Position numbers and translations under genes: made by a program | Part shown: in pieces, positions 1-10,176 of the stretch | How the letters are laid out: every line of letters begins with the position of its first letter | Numbering within the stretch: the first letter of the stretch is position 1 | Assembly: GCF_000737315.1 (NCBI RefSeq) | Contig: NZ_JMCB01000001.1 | Coordinates: 558,001 to 622,000 of the forward strand | DNA from: Hyalangium minutum | GTDB lineage: Bacteria > Myxococcota > Myxococcia > Myxococcales > Myxococcaceae | Length of the DNA: 64,000 nt | Direction of reading: 5' to 3' | The notes under the pieces: model-generated | Databases searched by the model: none | The model's input: only the letters and a program-made list of their open reading frames with translations | Told to the model about the DNA's origin: nothing

Positions 1-677
1 TGCTGGAGGCACGTGGCCAGCGCGGTGCCCTCAGGCGTGGTGACCGGATCGAACGTCACCGTGGGAGTGGTCTGCCCCTGAGCCACCTGGACGTGAGCCA
101 TGAGCGTGGGCGGAACCTGGGTGGTGAAGCTCGCATAGCAGTCACACCACTGCGGCTGGCCCAGGCGCACCGCGCCCGAGTAGTCCGAGCCCGCGTCCCC
201 ACCGAGCGTAACAGCGAGGCTGCGGCCCTGCTCATGGGAGAACTCGGCCTCGGCAGTCACTGCGGCGGCGCCCTTGGGCGAGACGGTGAGCGGCACCCGA
301 GCCTCCACGGCCTTCTGCACACAGGCCTGGCCCTCGGGGGAGAGGTTCTCACCCGAGACGGTGTATTGGCCGCCCTGGTCGGAGACCCGGGCCTTCACCA
401 CGACGCGGGTGCTCTTGGCCTCGCCACGCGAGGTGGGCGGCACCAGGCACTCCATGACCTGCGGCCGCAGCGCCGACAGCGCGCCCAGGAGGATGTCCGG
501 GTTCACGGGCTGGGGCAGCTGCACGGGCTGGGCGCTCTGGCAGACGGCCGTGTCGAACGGGTGCTGGTTGGAGACGCGGACCGTGTCCTGGACAGCGGCG
601 GCCCCGTCCTTCTTCTGCACGGGAGCGCAGGAGGCGGTGAGAGCGAGGGAAGCCACGACGGCTCGACGCAACATCAT
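1..677 (-). CDS. Myxobacterial lipoprotein of unknown function (3' end runs off the window)
   Basis: Manual translation from ATG at 677: MMLRRAVVASLALTASC-APVQKKDG...; lipobox-like TASC; open frame to the window edge, so absent from the ORF track. Confidence 0.7.
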   Translation of the reverse strand, partial: MMLRRAVVASLALTASCAPVQKKDGAAAVQDTVRVSNQHPFDTAVCQSAQPVQLPQPVNPDILLGALSALRPQVMECLVPPTSRGEAKSTRVVVKARVSDQGGQYTVSGENLSPEGQACVQKAVEARVPLTVSPKGAAAVTAEAEFSHEQGRSLAVTLGGDAGSDYSGAVRLGQPQWCDCYASFTTQVPPTLMAHVQVAQGQTTPTVTFDPVTTPEGTALATCLQ

Positions 678-709
678 GAGGAGGTTCTCCCGGGTTGAGA
701 CTGCGGGGC

Positions 710-2551
710 TCACTTACCAGTTTCTTCGACGACCATGGCGCTCCCTCCACCGCGGCGCCGGGGCTCGGCCACGGCGGTGACGGTGCCGTCGTCGTTGAAG
801 CGGATGGCGGTGGTGGCGCCAATCTGGCCGCCCATGGGAGTCACATCGCGGAACACGTAGCCCTTTGCCTGGAGCGCGGCGCCCTCGGGCGAGGCGATGA
901 ACTCGGGCTCGGCCTGGCTGGAGCCATCAGGCACGTTGCGCTGGGAGACGCGGGGAGCGCCCACGGCCTCCAGCAGCGGCATACCGAGGTCCAGGTGGTT
1001 CACGAGCGTCTGCAGCACGGTGGTGATGATGGTACTGCCCCCGGGGCTGCCGAGCGTCAGCAGAGGCTTGCCGTCCTTGAACACGAGCGTGGGAGCCATG
1101 CTGCTGCGAGGGCGCTTGCCGGGCTCGGGGATGTTGGCGTGCGGGGCGGCCGGGTTCGGGGGCACGTCGAAGTCCGTCACCTCGTTGTTGAGCATGAACC
1201 CATAGCCCGGAACGGCGATGCCACTGCCGCCCTCAGACTCGATGGTGCACGTATAGGAGACGATGTTGCCTGCCTTGTCCGAGGTGGAGATGTGCGTGGT
1301 CTCCCGGTTGGGCACATCCAGCACCGACACGAGCGAGGGAGAAGCCCCCACCTCCGCGCGAGGAACGAAGCTCGGATCCTCCTGGAAGGCGAAGGGGTTG
1401 CCCGGAGGCACCTCGCGCGTGGCCGCCTTCGTCAGGTCCATCGCCTTGCGCCGCTCGGCCGCATAGGCCTTCGAGAGCAGCCCGGACACGGGCACGTCCA
1501 CGAACTCCGGGTCAGCGACGTAAGCGCTCCGGTCCGCGAAGGCCAGCCGCGAGGCTTCGATATAGCGCTGGAGGAAATCCACCCGGCTCATGGAGGCGGG
1601 CTCATCCGCCTCGAGCAGGTTCAGGGCCAGCTCCACGGCAATACTTCCACTGGTGGGCGCGCCCATGCCGTAGAGGGTGTAGCCACGGTAAGTGCTCTTC
1701 ACGGGCTCGCGAATGCGCGCCTCGTAGTCCGCCAGATCCGACAGCTGCATCACGCCCGGGCGTACCTTCTTCGGGGCGCCGGGCACCACCGGCGGATGCG
1801 CCAGCGTCTCCACGATGGCCTTGGCGATCTCACCTCGATAGAAGGCGCGACTGCCGCCCTCGGCCACCAGCCGGTACGTCTTCGCCAGGTCCGGGTTCTT
1901 GAACACCGAGCCCACGGGGTACGGCTTTCCCTCGGGCGTCAGCAGGAGCTGGGCAGTGCTGGAGAACATCTTGAAGCGGTCCAGGTTGCGCGAGGTCTGC
2001 TCGAAGAAGAACGAGTCCACCTCGAAGCCCTGCTCGGCCACGCGGATGGCGGGCTGGAGGACGTCGGAGAGCTTCTTCGTGCCGTAGCGCTCCAGGGCCA
2101 GCTCCCAGCCGCGCACATTGCCGGGCACGCCCGTGGAGAGCCCGCTGGCCATCAGCTCGGGAAAGGGAATGGGCGCGCCGTTCTCGTAGAAGTGACTGCG
2201 GTTCAGAGCCCGAGGCGCCGTCTCGCGGTGGTCCACGGTGACGACGCGCTGCTCATCGGCCAGGTAGATGACCATGAAGCCCCCGCCCGCGATGGCACAG
2301 GAGTACAGGTCCGTCACACCGATGACGCTCGCCGCAGCCACCGCCGCGTCCACAGCGTTGCCACCGCTCTTGAGCATCTCGATGGCGGCCGCGGTGGCTC
2401 GCACGTCGATGGTGGAGGCCGCGCCGCCGCGCCCGGTGGCTTGGGGCGTGGACGGAGGCGCAGGCACGGGGGAAGAGGAGGCCGACTTGTCGTGGACACA
2501 GGAGACGGCCAGCAACACACCGGCACACGCTGCGGGGAGGAGTCTGCGCAT
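710..2551 (-). CDS. ggt: Gamma-glutamyltransferase (lipoprotein)
   Basis: GGNAVDAAVAAA, catalytic ETTH Thr, LNNEVTDF, PGKRPRSSMAP and GSPGGSTI motifs; signal peptide ending LAVSC. Confidence 0.95.
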   Translation of the reverse strand: MRRLLPAACAGVLLAVSCVHDKSASSSPVPAPPSTPQATGRGGAASTIDVRATAAAIEMLKSGGNAVDAAVAAASVIGVTDLYSCAIAGGGFMVIYLADEQRVVTVDHRETAPRALNRSHFYENGAPIPFPELMASGLSTGVPGNVRGWELALERYGTKKLSDVLQPAIRVAEQGFEVDSFFFEQTSRNLDRFKMFSSTAQLLLTPEGKPYPVGSVFKNPDLAKTYRLVAEGGSRAFYRGEIAKAIVETLAHPPVVPGAPKKVRPGVMQLSDLADYEARIREPVKSTYRGYTLYGMGAPTSGSIAVELALNLLEADEPASMSRVDFLQRYIEASRLAFADRSAYVADPEFVDVPVSGLLSKAYAAERRKAMDLTKAATREVPPGNPFAFQEDPSFVPRAEVGASPSLVSVLDVPNRETTHISTSDKAGNIVSYTCTIESEGGSGIAVPGYGFMLNNEVTDFDVPPNPAAPHANIPEPGKRPRSSMAPTLVFKDGKPLLTLGSPGGSTIITTVLQTLVNHLDLGMPLLEAVGAPRVSQRNVPDGSSQAEPEFIASPEGAALQAKGYVFRDVTPMGGQIGATTAIRFNDDGTVTAVAEPRRRGGGSAMVVEETGK

Positions 2552-2622
2552 GGGGAGTCCTAGAGGATGGCTTGGCGGCGTACCCTAGCCCGCTCGGCCC
2601 CCAGGAGGGGACAGGATGCGGC

Positions 2623-3105
2623 ATGCTGCTGGAATTCAACATGTCCCGGCCCTCCCCTGCCCCGCTCTCGTTTCCACTCCCCGTGGTGCTCGACACCAAC
2701 GTGGTCCTGGATCTGCTGGTGTTCGACGACCCGGTCAGCCGTCCGCTGGCGGAAGCCCTCGCGCAGGGCTCGCTCATCGCCTGGGCGGACGCGGAGACCC
2801 TCCTGGAGCTGGAGCGGGTGCTCACCCTGCCCATCTTCAAGCTGGACGAAGTCCGCCAGCGCGACGTCTACGCCCGCTACCTGAGCCAGGTGCGCCAGGT
2901 GCCCGCCTCGATCCAGGAGCCCCTTCCCGAGCTACCCCGGTGCCGGGATCGAGACGATCAGAAGTTCCTCCTGCTCACGGCGCGCGCGGGCGCGGCCTGG
3001 CTCGTGAGCAAGGACAAGCGGGTGCTCTCCCTCGCGGATCGCCACGGCCTGCCGTTCACGATCGTCTCTCCAAGACAGGCGGTGGAGCGGCTGATGCCGC
3101 TCTGA
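2623..3105 (+). CDS. PIN-domain protein (putative toxin family)
   Basis: VVLDTNVVLD, LLELERVL, CRDRDDQKFL and LVSKDKRVL acidic PIN motifs; start could be 2623 or 2641. Confidence 0.85.
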   Translation: MLLEFNMSRPSPAPLSFPLPVVLDTNVVLDLLVFDDPVSRPLAEALAQGSLIAWADAETLLELERVLTLPIFKLDEVRQRDVYARYLSQVRQVPASIQEPLPELPRCRDRDDQKFLLLTARAGAAWLVSKDKRVLSLADRHGLPFTIVSPRQAVERLMPL

Positions 3106-3169
3106 ACACAAGACCGCGCCCCCCGGAATCCCCAGGGGGACACGGTACGCCAAAGCCCTGAAGCTCCTC

Positions 3170-3535
3170 TCAGCGGCGGGTATCCGGGTTGGAGCCCGAC
3201 GAGCCCGTGCCAGTACTACCGGGGGCACCGCTGCCCTGCATGTTGCCACTGCTGGAGGTGCTGCCGCTCTGCTCAGAGCCGCTGGTGGTGCCACTGGTGG
3301 AGCCACTGCCCTGCATGTTCCCGCTGCTGGTGGAACCCGCGCCACCGGTCCCCGTGCTGCTGGAGCCCTCCGTCTGTCCCGTGCTGCCCGAGCCGCCGAC
3401 GCCGCGCCCCGAGGTCTGCCCCGTCCCCCGGGCTCCCTGTTGGCCCGGCTGACTTGGCTGCTTACAGCCCCAGCCAAGCAGCGCAGCGGAAGCCACGGCC
3501 CCTACCAGAAAGACATTCCTGAAGCCCTTCTTCAT
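3170..3535 (-). CDS. Small Ser/Gly/Thr-rich lipoprotein
   Basis: Signal peptide with LLGWGC lipobox; low-complexity body with two copies of STSS(S)GNMQGSG. Confidence 0.7.
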   Translation of the reverse strand: MKKGFRNVFLVGAVASAALLGWGCKQPSQPGQQGARGTGQTSGRGVGGSGSTGQTEGSSSTGTGGAGSTSSGNMQGSGSTSGTTSGSEQSGSTSSSGNMQGSGAPGSTGTGSSGSNPDTRR

Positions 3536-3678
3536 GTCCTATCTCCTCTGTGAGTGGACTCGCGAAGAAGCTGGGCTTCGGGGCGCGGAAGGAACATTGT
3601 CCTTCTGGCTCACGCCCCCCCGAGTGCCTCCAGGAGCAGCAAATCAGCCACGCCTCTCCTGGACGCCAGGCTTCACGT

Positions 3679-5016
3679 TCAGTGCACGTGCGCGGGCGTT
3701 GCGCTCCGGCTCCCCTCGGCCAGGGAAGGCACGGCGACCGAGTGCGGCAGCAGCTCGTCGCTGGGCCCGCCGGTGATGAGCCGCACCTTCCGCCGCCGGG
3801 TGACGAAGTAGTAGAGCCACTGCAACATCACCGACGCGCGATTGCGGAAGCCGATGAGGAAGAAGATGTGGATGCCTGCCCACGCGAGGTAGGCTGGCCA
3901 CCCCTTGACGCGGATCTTCTCGTGCAGGGTGAGGCCCACGGCCGCGCCGCGCCCCACCACCGCGAAGGAGCCTCGATCGTTGTAGCGGAACGACAGCAGA
4001 GGCTGGCCCTGTATCTGGCGGCGAATGTTCTGGGCCGTGTGCCGCCCCATCTGCATGGCGGCGGGAGCCACTCCGGGCACGGGCTTTCCGTCCTGGAGGA
4101 TCGACGCCACGTCTCCAATGACGAAGAGGCCCTCTCGGCCAGGCACCTCCAGGTTCGGCGTCACCTTCACACGGCCCGCCTTATCCAGCGGCACACCCAA
4201 CGAGCGCACGAGGGGCGAAGCCGCCACGCCGGCTCCCCACAACACCGTGCGAGCGGAGATCCGGCCATCCCCCACCTGGACACCGTGGGCATCCACGTTC
4301 GTCACCATCGCGCCCGTGCGGACCTCCACGCCGCGCGCCTGGAGATCGCGCCGGGCCCGCTCGGAGAGCTCCTCCGGGTAGACGGTGAGCACGCGCGGCA
4401 GTCCCTCCAGCAGGAGAACGCGCGCCTGGGTGGTATCGATGCGGCGGAAGTCCTGGGGCAGCGTGATGTGCGTCAGGTCCGCGAGCGCTCCGGCCAGCTC
4501 CACGCCCGTGGGCCCGCCTCCGATGATGACGAAGGTCATCCACTCGCGCTGGCGCTCCGGATCCGTCTCGCGCTCGGCGGCCTCGAACGCCAGCAGCACG
4601 CGGCGGCGGATCTCCAGCGCGTCATCAATGGTCTTCAGCCCCGGAGCGAACTGCGCCCACTCCGGGTGCCCGAAGTACGAGTGCGTGGCCCCGGTGGCGA
4701 CCACCAGGAAGTCATAGGGCAGCTCTCCGGCTTCCGTGATCACCACCTTGCGCTCGGCGTCGATGGAGCGCGCCTCGGCGAGCAGCACGGTGGTATTGGG
4801 CGCGTGCAGCACGGTGCGGATGGGAGCGGAGATGTCTCCGGGGTTCAGCACGGAGGTGGCCACCTGGTAGAGCAGGGGCTGGAAGAGGTGATGGTTGTAG
4901 CGGTCCACCACTGTCACCTTCACAGGGGCACGGGCCAGCGCCTTGGCGGCCTGCAGCCCGCCGAAGCCCGCGCCCAGGATGACCACATGGGGTTCATGTC
5001 CGGCCGGTCGTTGCAT
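3679..5016 (-). CDS. ndh: Type II NADH:quinone oxidoreductase (NDH-2 family)
   Basis: Two Rossmann motifs (VVILGAGFGGL, IIGGGPTGVELAG), HLFQPLLYQVAT, FVIGD, APAAMQMG; start taken at MQRP. Confidence 0.9.
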   Translation of the reverse strand: MQRPAGHEPHVVILGAGFGGLQAAKALARAPVKVTVVDRYNHHLFQPLLYQVATSVLNPGDISAPIRTVLHAPNTTVLLAEARSIDAERKVVITEAGELPYDFLVVATGATHSYFGHPEWAQFAPGLKTIDDALEIRRRVLLAFEAAERETDPERQREWMTFVIIGGGPTGVELAGALADLTHITLPQDFRRIDTTQARVLLLEGLPRVLTVYPEELSERARRDLQARGVEVRTGAMVTNVDAHGVQVGDGRISARTVLWGAGVAASPLVRSLGVPLDKAGRVKVTPNLEVPGREGLFVIGDVASILQDGKPVPGVAPAAMQMGRHTAQNIRRQIQGQPLLSFRYNDRGSFAVVGRGAAVGLTLHEKIRVKGWPAYLAWAGIHIFFLIGFRNRASVMLQWLYYFVTRRRKVRLITGGPSDELLPHSVAVPSLAEGSRSATPAHVH

Positions 5017-5167
5017 GCGCGAAAGGTAGGGCGCACAGGAACTCCGCACAGGGGACGTCTCCTACGGACAAGAGGACGGCCGCCGGGCGCCTGAGCAGCC
5101 AGCCGGCCAGAACCTGACAGAGCACGCCTGTCCTCCTAAGGTCCCTTCCGGGAGACCCGGGACGAAC

Positions 5168-5551
5168 ATGAACGCTCAAATCATGGAGCTGGAAGGCATC
5201 CGCATCCTCGAACTGCCCGAGGACGGGCCGGTGGTGCAGGACGCTTCGAGCCTACTCAGTCTGGCTTTCGAGCATCAGGCCGACATGATGACCATTCCCG
5301 CCGCTCGACTGGGAGAGTCCTTCTTCAAGCTCGCCACAGGTGTGGCGGGCGAGCTTGTCCAGAAGTTCACCACCTACCGCATCCGGTTGACCATCTTGGG
5401 CGACATCTCGGCCCAGGTGGCGAACAGCAACGCGCTCCGGAGCTTCGTCTACGAGGCGAACAAGGGCAGCCAGCTCTGGTTCCTGGAAAATCGCGAGGCC
5501 CTCGTGGAGCGCCTCGCGCGCGGCTCGCAGTCTCCCACTTCGCGGAGCTAG
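5168..5551 (+). CDS. DUF4180-like protein
   Basis: FFKLATGVAGELVQKFTTYRIRLTILGDIS...LRSFVYEANKG pattern typical of DUF4180. Confidence 0.8.
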   Translation: MNAQIMELEGIRILELPEDGPVVQDASSLLSLAFEHQADMMTIPAARLGESFFKLATGVAGELVQKFTTYRIRLTILGDISAQVANSNALRSFVYEANKGSQLWFLENREALVERLARGSQSPTSRS

Positions 5552-5588
5552 GGCGCCCAGGGCTCGCCGGACGGAGCGCCTCGAAGGG

Positions 5589-6218
5589 CTACGCCTTCTT
5601 CGCAGAGAGTTCCGCGTCCTTCGCGCGAGCGCGAGCCAGTGCGGGGCGGGCATTGACCCGCTCGATATAAGCCTTGATCTCCGGAGACTCGGGCACGAGC
5701 TTGAAGCCGGTGGTCCAGGCGAGCGCGGTGCCCCAGAGGACATCGGCGGCCGTGAAGGTGTCACCCAGGAGCCAAGGCCCCTTGGAGAGCTGCTGCTTCA
5801 AGGTGGTGAGCATCGTGTCGAAGTCGCCGTAGGGAGAAGTGCCGGGCGCGACGGACTCGTGCTTCATGGAGCGATCCATCAGAGCGGGCTCGAAGCAGGA
5901 GCCGTAGAACACCATCCAGCGCAGGTACGGCCCCCGGAGCGGGCTGCCCACTGCGGGCGACAGCCCCGCCTCGGAGTAGAGCTCGGCCAGGTACATGTAG
6001 ATGGCGGCCTGCTCGGTTACGACCACGTCGCCATGCTTGATGGTAGGGATCTTACCCATCGGGTTGATGGCCAGGAACTCCGGCTTGCGCGAGTCACCGG
6101 CCTGCAGGCTGAGCACCTGGAGCTCATAATCGGCGTTGAGCTCTTCGAGGAGGATCCGCACGCCGGCGGCGCGCGAGGAGGGATTGTAGAAGAGGACGAC
6201 ATGGCGGTTGGAGGTCAT
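5589..6218 (-). CDS. Glutathione S-transferase family protein (1)
   Basis: INPMGKIPTI, TEQAAIYMYLA and GDTFTAADVL GST motifs. Confidence 0.92.
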   Translation of the reverse strand: MTSNRHVVLFYNPSSRAAGVRILLEELNADYELQVLSLQAGDSRKPEFLAINPMGKIPTIKHGDVVVTEQAAIYMYLAELYSEAGLSPAVGSPLRGPYLRWMVFYGSCFEPALMDRSMKHESVAPGTSPYGDFDTMLTTLKQQLSKGPWLLGDTFTAADVLWGTALAWTTGFKLVPESPEIKAYIERVNARPALARARAKDAELSAKKA

Positions 6219-7912
6219 GGGCTCCCTTTAACAAACTTCCGGGCGGCAGCGGACCGATCCCGAATCTCTTTGAACTCCGACCCGGACTTCCACGCGGGCC
6301 AGCGGTCCGACGAGGCCAGCTCGCGGCCGATGTCATAGAGAAGCTGCACATCCTGGGCGGCGCCTCGGAGGTCCCAGCTGTCGCTCCACGCATCGCAGGG
6401 CTGGTGGTAGCAGCGCGCGGTGTAATCGGCGACCCAGCGATCACCGGCCTCGCGGCCTCCGTTCACCAGGTCATGCCCGCCGCCCAGGGCCATGAGCAGC
6501 AACACGGGCACACCGCGCTTGGCCAGGGAGAAATGGTCAGCGCGGTAGAACAGACCTCGCTCGGGCTTCGCATCGGGCGTGACGGTGCGCCCCTGGCGAG
6601 CAGCGGCCTGGGCGAGCGCATCCTCCAGCTCATTCTGTCCATGGCCGACGAGCACCACATCCCGGGACAGCCCCGCGGTCTGGAGAATGTCCACGGTCAG
6701 GTTCGCCACCATGGTGTCGAGGGGCTGCAGCGGATGCCTGCCGTAGTACTCCGAGCCGAGCAGTCCTGGCTCCTCGGCGGTCCAGGCGGCGAAGACCAGA
6801 GAGCGCTCGGGCCGAGGCCCCTGCTGAAACGCGCGAGCGATCTCGATCATCCCCGCGATGCCGATGGCGTCATCCACGGCACCGTGGCGGACAGTGCTGC
6901 CGGAGGCGTCAGCCGGACCCACGCCATAGGCATCCCAGTGGCCGCCGTACATGATCGACTCTTGGGGACGCTTCGAGCCAGGCAGCCGGCCAATCACATT
7001 CTGGCTGTCGGCACGAGCGTGGGTCAGGGCGTAGTCGGCGGAGAGGCTGACGCCCTTGAGGAGCACGGGCTTGAAGCTGGCCTTGCGCGCCTCGACCTTG
7101 AGCCTCTCGAGGTCCAAGCCCGAGCGAGCGAACAGCGCGGCAGCGGCGTCACGGTGAATCCAGCCCTGCATCAGGACCTTCTCCTTCTCAGGCTGGGCGC
7201 GGACGATGTCGAAGCTCTGGCCGTTGCCGGCGGTAACGGTGGACCAGCCGTAACCGGCGCCGGGAGTGTCATGGACGATCAGCGCCCCGATGGCGCCGCG
7301 ACGGGCGGCCTCCTCGAACTTGTAGGTCCACCGGGCGTAGTAGGTGGCCGCCTGTCCTCCGAACTTCCCCCGGACAGCCTCGCCCTCCTGGGCTTCAAAA
7401 TCGGGGTCGTTGATCAGGAAGACGGCGATCTTTCCGCGGACGTCCGTGCTCTTGAAGTCATCCCAGCCCCGCTCTGCGGCGGAGACGCCATAGCCCACGA
7501 ACACCAGCGGGACCTTGTCGATCTTCACGCGCTGGAGGGGACGCTGGGTGTTGACCATCACCTCCTGGCCCTGCCGCAACGAGACCGTCTTGCCCCCCGA
7601 AAGCAGCTTCAGGGTGACGTTGTCGCCCATCTGGAAGCGGACGAGCGGAACCTTCTGGGTCCATCCACCGTTCTCGCCGCCAGGCTCCAGCCCCACTGCT
7701 TTGAACTGCTGGATGATGTACTCCAGGGTTTTCTGCTCGGCCGGGCCGCCCGGAGCACGGCCCATGAACTCATCCGAAGCGAGCACCTTGACGATCTGCG
7801 ACAGCCGCGCGGGCTCAATGGGCCCAGAGTCCTGAGCCTGCCCTCTCCCCGAGAACAGGAGAACGGCGGCGAGGGTCAGAGAAGTGAGCTTCGAAGCGCT
7901 CCAAGGAGTCAT
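6215..7912 (-). CDS. Secreted M28 family metallopeptidase with PA domain
   Basis: Signal peptide; LASDEFMGRAPG, GGHWDAYG, GAVDDAIG, WTAEEPGLLGS, YRADH and YHQPCD Zn-ligand motifs; start taken at MTPWS (7912). Confidence 0.9.
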   Translation of the reverse strand: MTPWSASKLTSLTLAAVLLFSGRGQAQDSGPIEPARLSQIVKVLASDEFMGRAPGGPAEQKTLEYIIQQFKAVGLEPGGENGGWTQKVPLVRFQMGDNVTLKLLSGGKTVSLRQGQEVMVNTQRPLQRVKIDKVPLVFVGYGVSAAERGWDDFKSTDVRGKIAVFLINDPDFEAQEGEAVRGKFGGQAATYYARWTYKFEEAARRGAIGALIVHDTPGAGYGWSTVTAGNGQSFDIVRAQPEKEKVLMQGWIHRDAAAALFARSGLDLERLKVEARKASFKPVLLKGVSLSADYALTHARADSQNVIGRLPGSKRPQESIMYGGHWDAYGVGPADASGSTVRHGAVDDAIGIAGMIEIARAFQQGPRPERSLVFAAWTAEEPGLLGSEYYGRHPLQPLDTMVANLTVDILQTAGLSRDVVLVGHGQNELEDALAQAAARQGRTVTPDAKPERGLFYRADHFSLAKRGVPVLLLMALGGGHDLVNGGREAGDRWVADYTARCYHQPCDAWSDSWDLRGAAQDVQLLYDIGRELASSDRWPAWKSGSEFKEIRDRSAAARKFVKGSP

Positions 7913-7973
7913 GGCGGCAACCCTAAAACGGGCCATGCCGTCGGCAAAAGATGACAGGATGAAAGGACTCCCC

Positions 7974-9224
7974 ATGACCCATCCCAAGCTCAGCCGTGCC
8001 GAGTTCCTCGCACTCACGGGCCTGCTGGCCGGCTCCTCGCTCCTCTCCAGCACCGGGAATGCCGCTGAACCCAAGGTCACTCCGCCGAAGGCAGGCGCGG
8101 CCGGCGTGGCGGCACCCCGGGCAGAACCTCCCGCCCTCACGGGCAAGGCCCTGGCGAATCTGCGGCGCGGTTGCCGTGGCTCGCTCACTCCCGGCAGTTC
8201 GGAGGACGATGCCGCCGAGCTGATCCGGGTGGGGGAATGGGTGCGGAAGCAGGGCCTGTCCGCGGACTTTTATGGCGATGGGGAGCTGGTCCAGTCCTTC
8301 GAGCAGCGCGTCGCGGCGCTGCTGGGCTTCGAGGACGGGTGCTTCATGCCCACAGGCACCATGGCCCAGCTCATCGTCCTAAGGATGTACGCGGACGCCA
8401 GCGGCAACCGGAACGTGGGGCTCCACCCCTCCTCCCACCACGTGCTCCACGAGGACGACAGCTATGCCGCGCTGCACGGGTTACGCGCGGTGCTGCTCTG
8501 CCCCTGGGCTCGGCCGGTGCTCGCCAGCGACGTGCGAGAGGCGCGTGACTCCCTGGCAACGGTCAGCGTCGAGCTGCCGGTGCGCTGGCTGGGGGGACAG
8601 CTCCAGACGTGGGAGCAACTCGAGGAGCTCAAGCGCACCTGCCGCGAGCGCGGGGTAAAGCTCCACATGGACGGCGCCCGGCTGTGGGAGTCCCAACCCT
8701 TCTATGGGCGCTCCTACGCGGACATTTGCCGCGGCTTCGACTCCGTCTACGTGTCCTTCTACAAGATGGTGGGAGGCATGGGCGGCGCGATGGTGGTCGG
8801 CGGGCGCGACTTCATCCGCAACACACGCATCTGGAGACACCGGCACGGCGGCAACGTGTTCCACATGCTGCCGTACGTGGCGTCCGCGGCGATGCGCCTG
8901 GACGACGTGCTGCCCCGCATCCCCGGCTATGTCGAGCGCGCGAAGACGCTCTCGGAGGCGATCGCGAGCGACACGCGGCTCACGGTGCTCCCCCGCCCCG
9001 TGCAGACCAACCTCTTCCGCGTCTTCTTGCGCGGAGATCCGAAGGCGCTCTCGCGCCAGCGCGACCGCATCGCGAGCGAGGACAGAATCTGGGTGGCCAA
9101 TGGCTTCAGCCAGACCCGTGTGCCCGGAGTGGTCGAGACGGAACTCCAGATCGGGCCGGGGCTCGGAGGCGTCAGCGACGCGGACGCCGCGCGAGCCTTC
9201 TCCCGCCTGCTCTCTGCCACCTGA
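7974..9224 (+). CDS. Low-specificity threonine aldolase / beta-eliminating lyase family (PLP) with Tat-like leader
   Basis: FMPTGTMAQL, LHMDGARLW and PLP-lysine SFYK motifs; RBS AAAGGA before ATG 7974. Confidence 0.85.
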   Translation: MTHPKLSRAEFLALTGLLAGSSLLSSTGNAAEPKVTPPKAGAAGVAAPRAEPPALTGKALANLRRGCRGSLTPGSSEDDAAELIRVGEWVRKQGLSADFYGDGELVQSFEQRVAALLGFEDGCFMPTGTMAQLIVLRMYADASGNRNVGLHPSSHHVLHEDDSYAALHGLRAVLLCPWARPVLASDVREARDSLATVSVELPVRWLGGQLQTWEQLEELKRTCRERGVKLHMDGARLWESQPFYGRSYADICRGFDSVYVSFYKMVGGMGGAMVVGGRDFIRNTRIWRHRHGGNVFHMLPYVASAAMRLDDVLPRIPGYVERAKTLSEAIASDTRLTVLPRPVQTNLFRVFLRGDPKALSRQRDRIASEDRIWVANGFSQTRVPGVVETELQIGPGLGGVSDADAARAFSRLLSAT

Positions 9225-9351
9225 TGGCTCGAGCGGACGCAAGAAGGCGAGCTTCGAAGCATTCAGAAAAGTCATGGGCGGCGATCCTGGATGGGGCTGT
9301 GCCTCCTGGAAAGGTGCTCCTGCTGAGAGGAGATGCCCTAAAATCCCCCGG

Positions 9352-10167
9352 ATGAGTTCACGTGAACGAACCGCTCGAAAGGGCCCCTTCCCCATCAAGG
9401 CCCGCATCCTCGAAGTTCTCCGGACGTCCCGCGTCAGCCCGCACATGGTGCGGGTGACGCTCGGCGGCAAAGAGCTGGAGGGTTTCCGGAGCGACGGCGC
9501 GGACGATCACATCCGGGTGTTCTTCCCTGCCCAGGGAGAGCGCGTGCCCGTCGTCCCGACCGGGATGGGGCCTCGGGGGCTGGAGTTCCCACCGGACAAG
9601 CCGCGCCCAGCGCTGCGCGACTACACCCCCCGGCGTCATGATGCCGCCAAGGGAGAGCTTGATATCGACTTCGTGATCCATGGCTCGGGCCCTGGCTCCA
9701 CGTGGGCCGCCCAGGCGAAACCGGGTGACATGCTGGGCATCGCCGGTCCCCGAGGCTCGCTGATCGTCGACTACAGCTTCGACTGGTACCTCCTCTTTGG
9801 CGACGAGACCGCGCTGCCAGCGATGGCCCGGAGGCTCGAGGAGCTGCCCGCGGGCGCCCGCGCCATCGTGTTCGCCGAGGTCGCCGACGCCTCCGCGCGG
9901 ATCCCACTCCCGAGCCAGGCCCACGTGGAGCTGACTTGGCTGTACCGCGAGGGCGCCCAGCCTGGCACCACGAACCACCTGGAGAAGGCCGTGCGGGAGC
10001 TGACCTTCCCACCGGGGGACTCCTTTGCGTGGGGCGCGGGTGAGTCCACCCTCATGCGCACGCTGCGGCTGCACCTGCTCAACGAGCGGAGGCTGAACAG
10101 GACGTGGATGAACGTCACCGGCTATTGGAAGCGGGGCGTGGAGGACCACGACCACGACGAGGAGTGA
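9352..10167 (+). CDS. Siderophore-interacting protein (ViuB/FAD-binding family)
   Basis: SPHMVRVTL, DDHIRVFFP, LRDYTPR, IDFVIHG-GPGSTWA, GDETALPA and GYWKRG motifs. Confidence 0.92.
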   Translation: MSSRERTARKGPFPIKARILEVLRTSRVSPHMVRVTLGGKELEGFRSDGADDHIRVFFPAQGERVPVVPTGMGPRGLEFPPDKPRPALRDYTPRRHDAAKGELDIDFVIHGSGPGSTWAAQAKPGDMLGIAGPRGSLIVDYSFDWYLLFGDETALPAMARRLEELPAGARAIVFAEVADASARIPLPSQAHVELTWLYREGAQPGTTNHLEKAVRELTFPPGDSFAWGAGESTLMRTLRLHLLNERRLNRTWMNVTGYWKRGVEDHDHDEE

Positions 10168-10176
10168 GCCCGCTCC

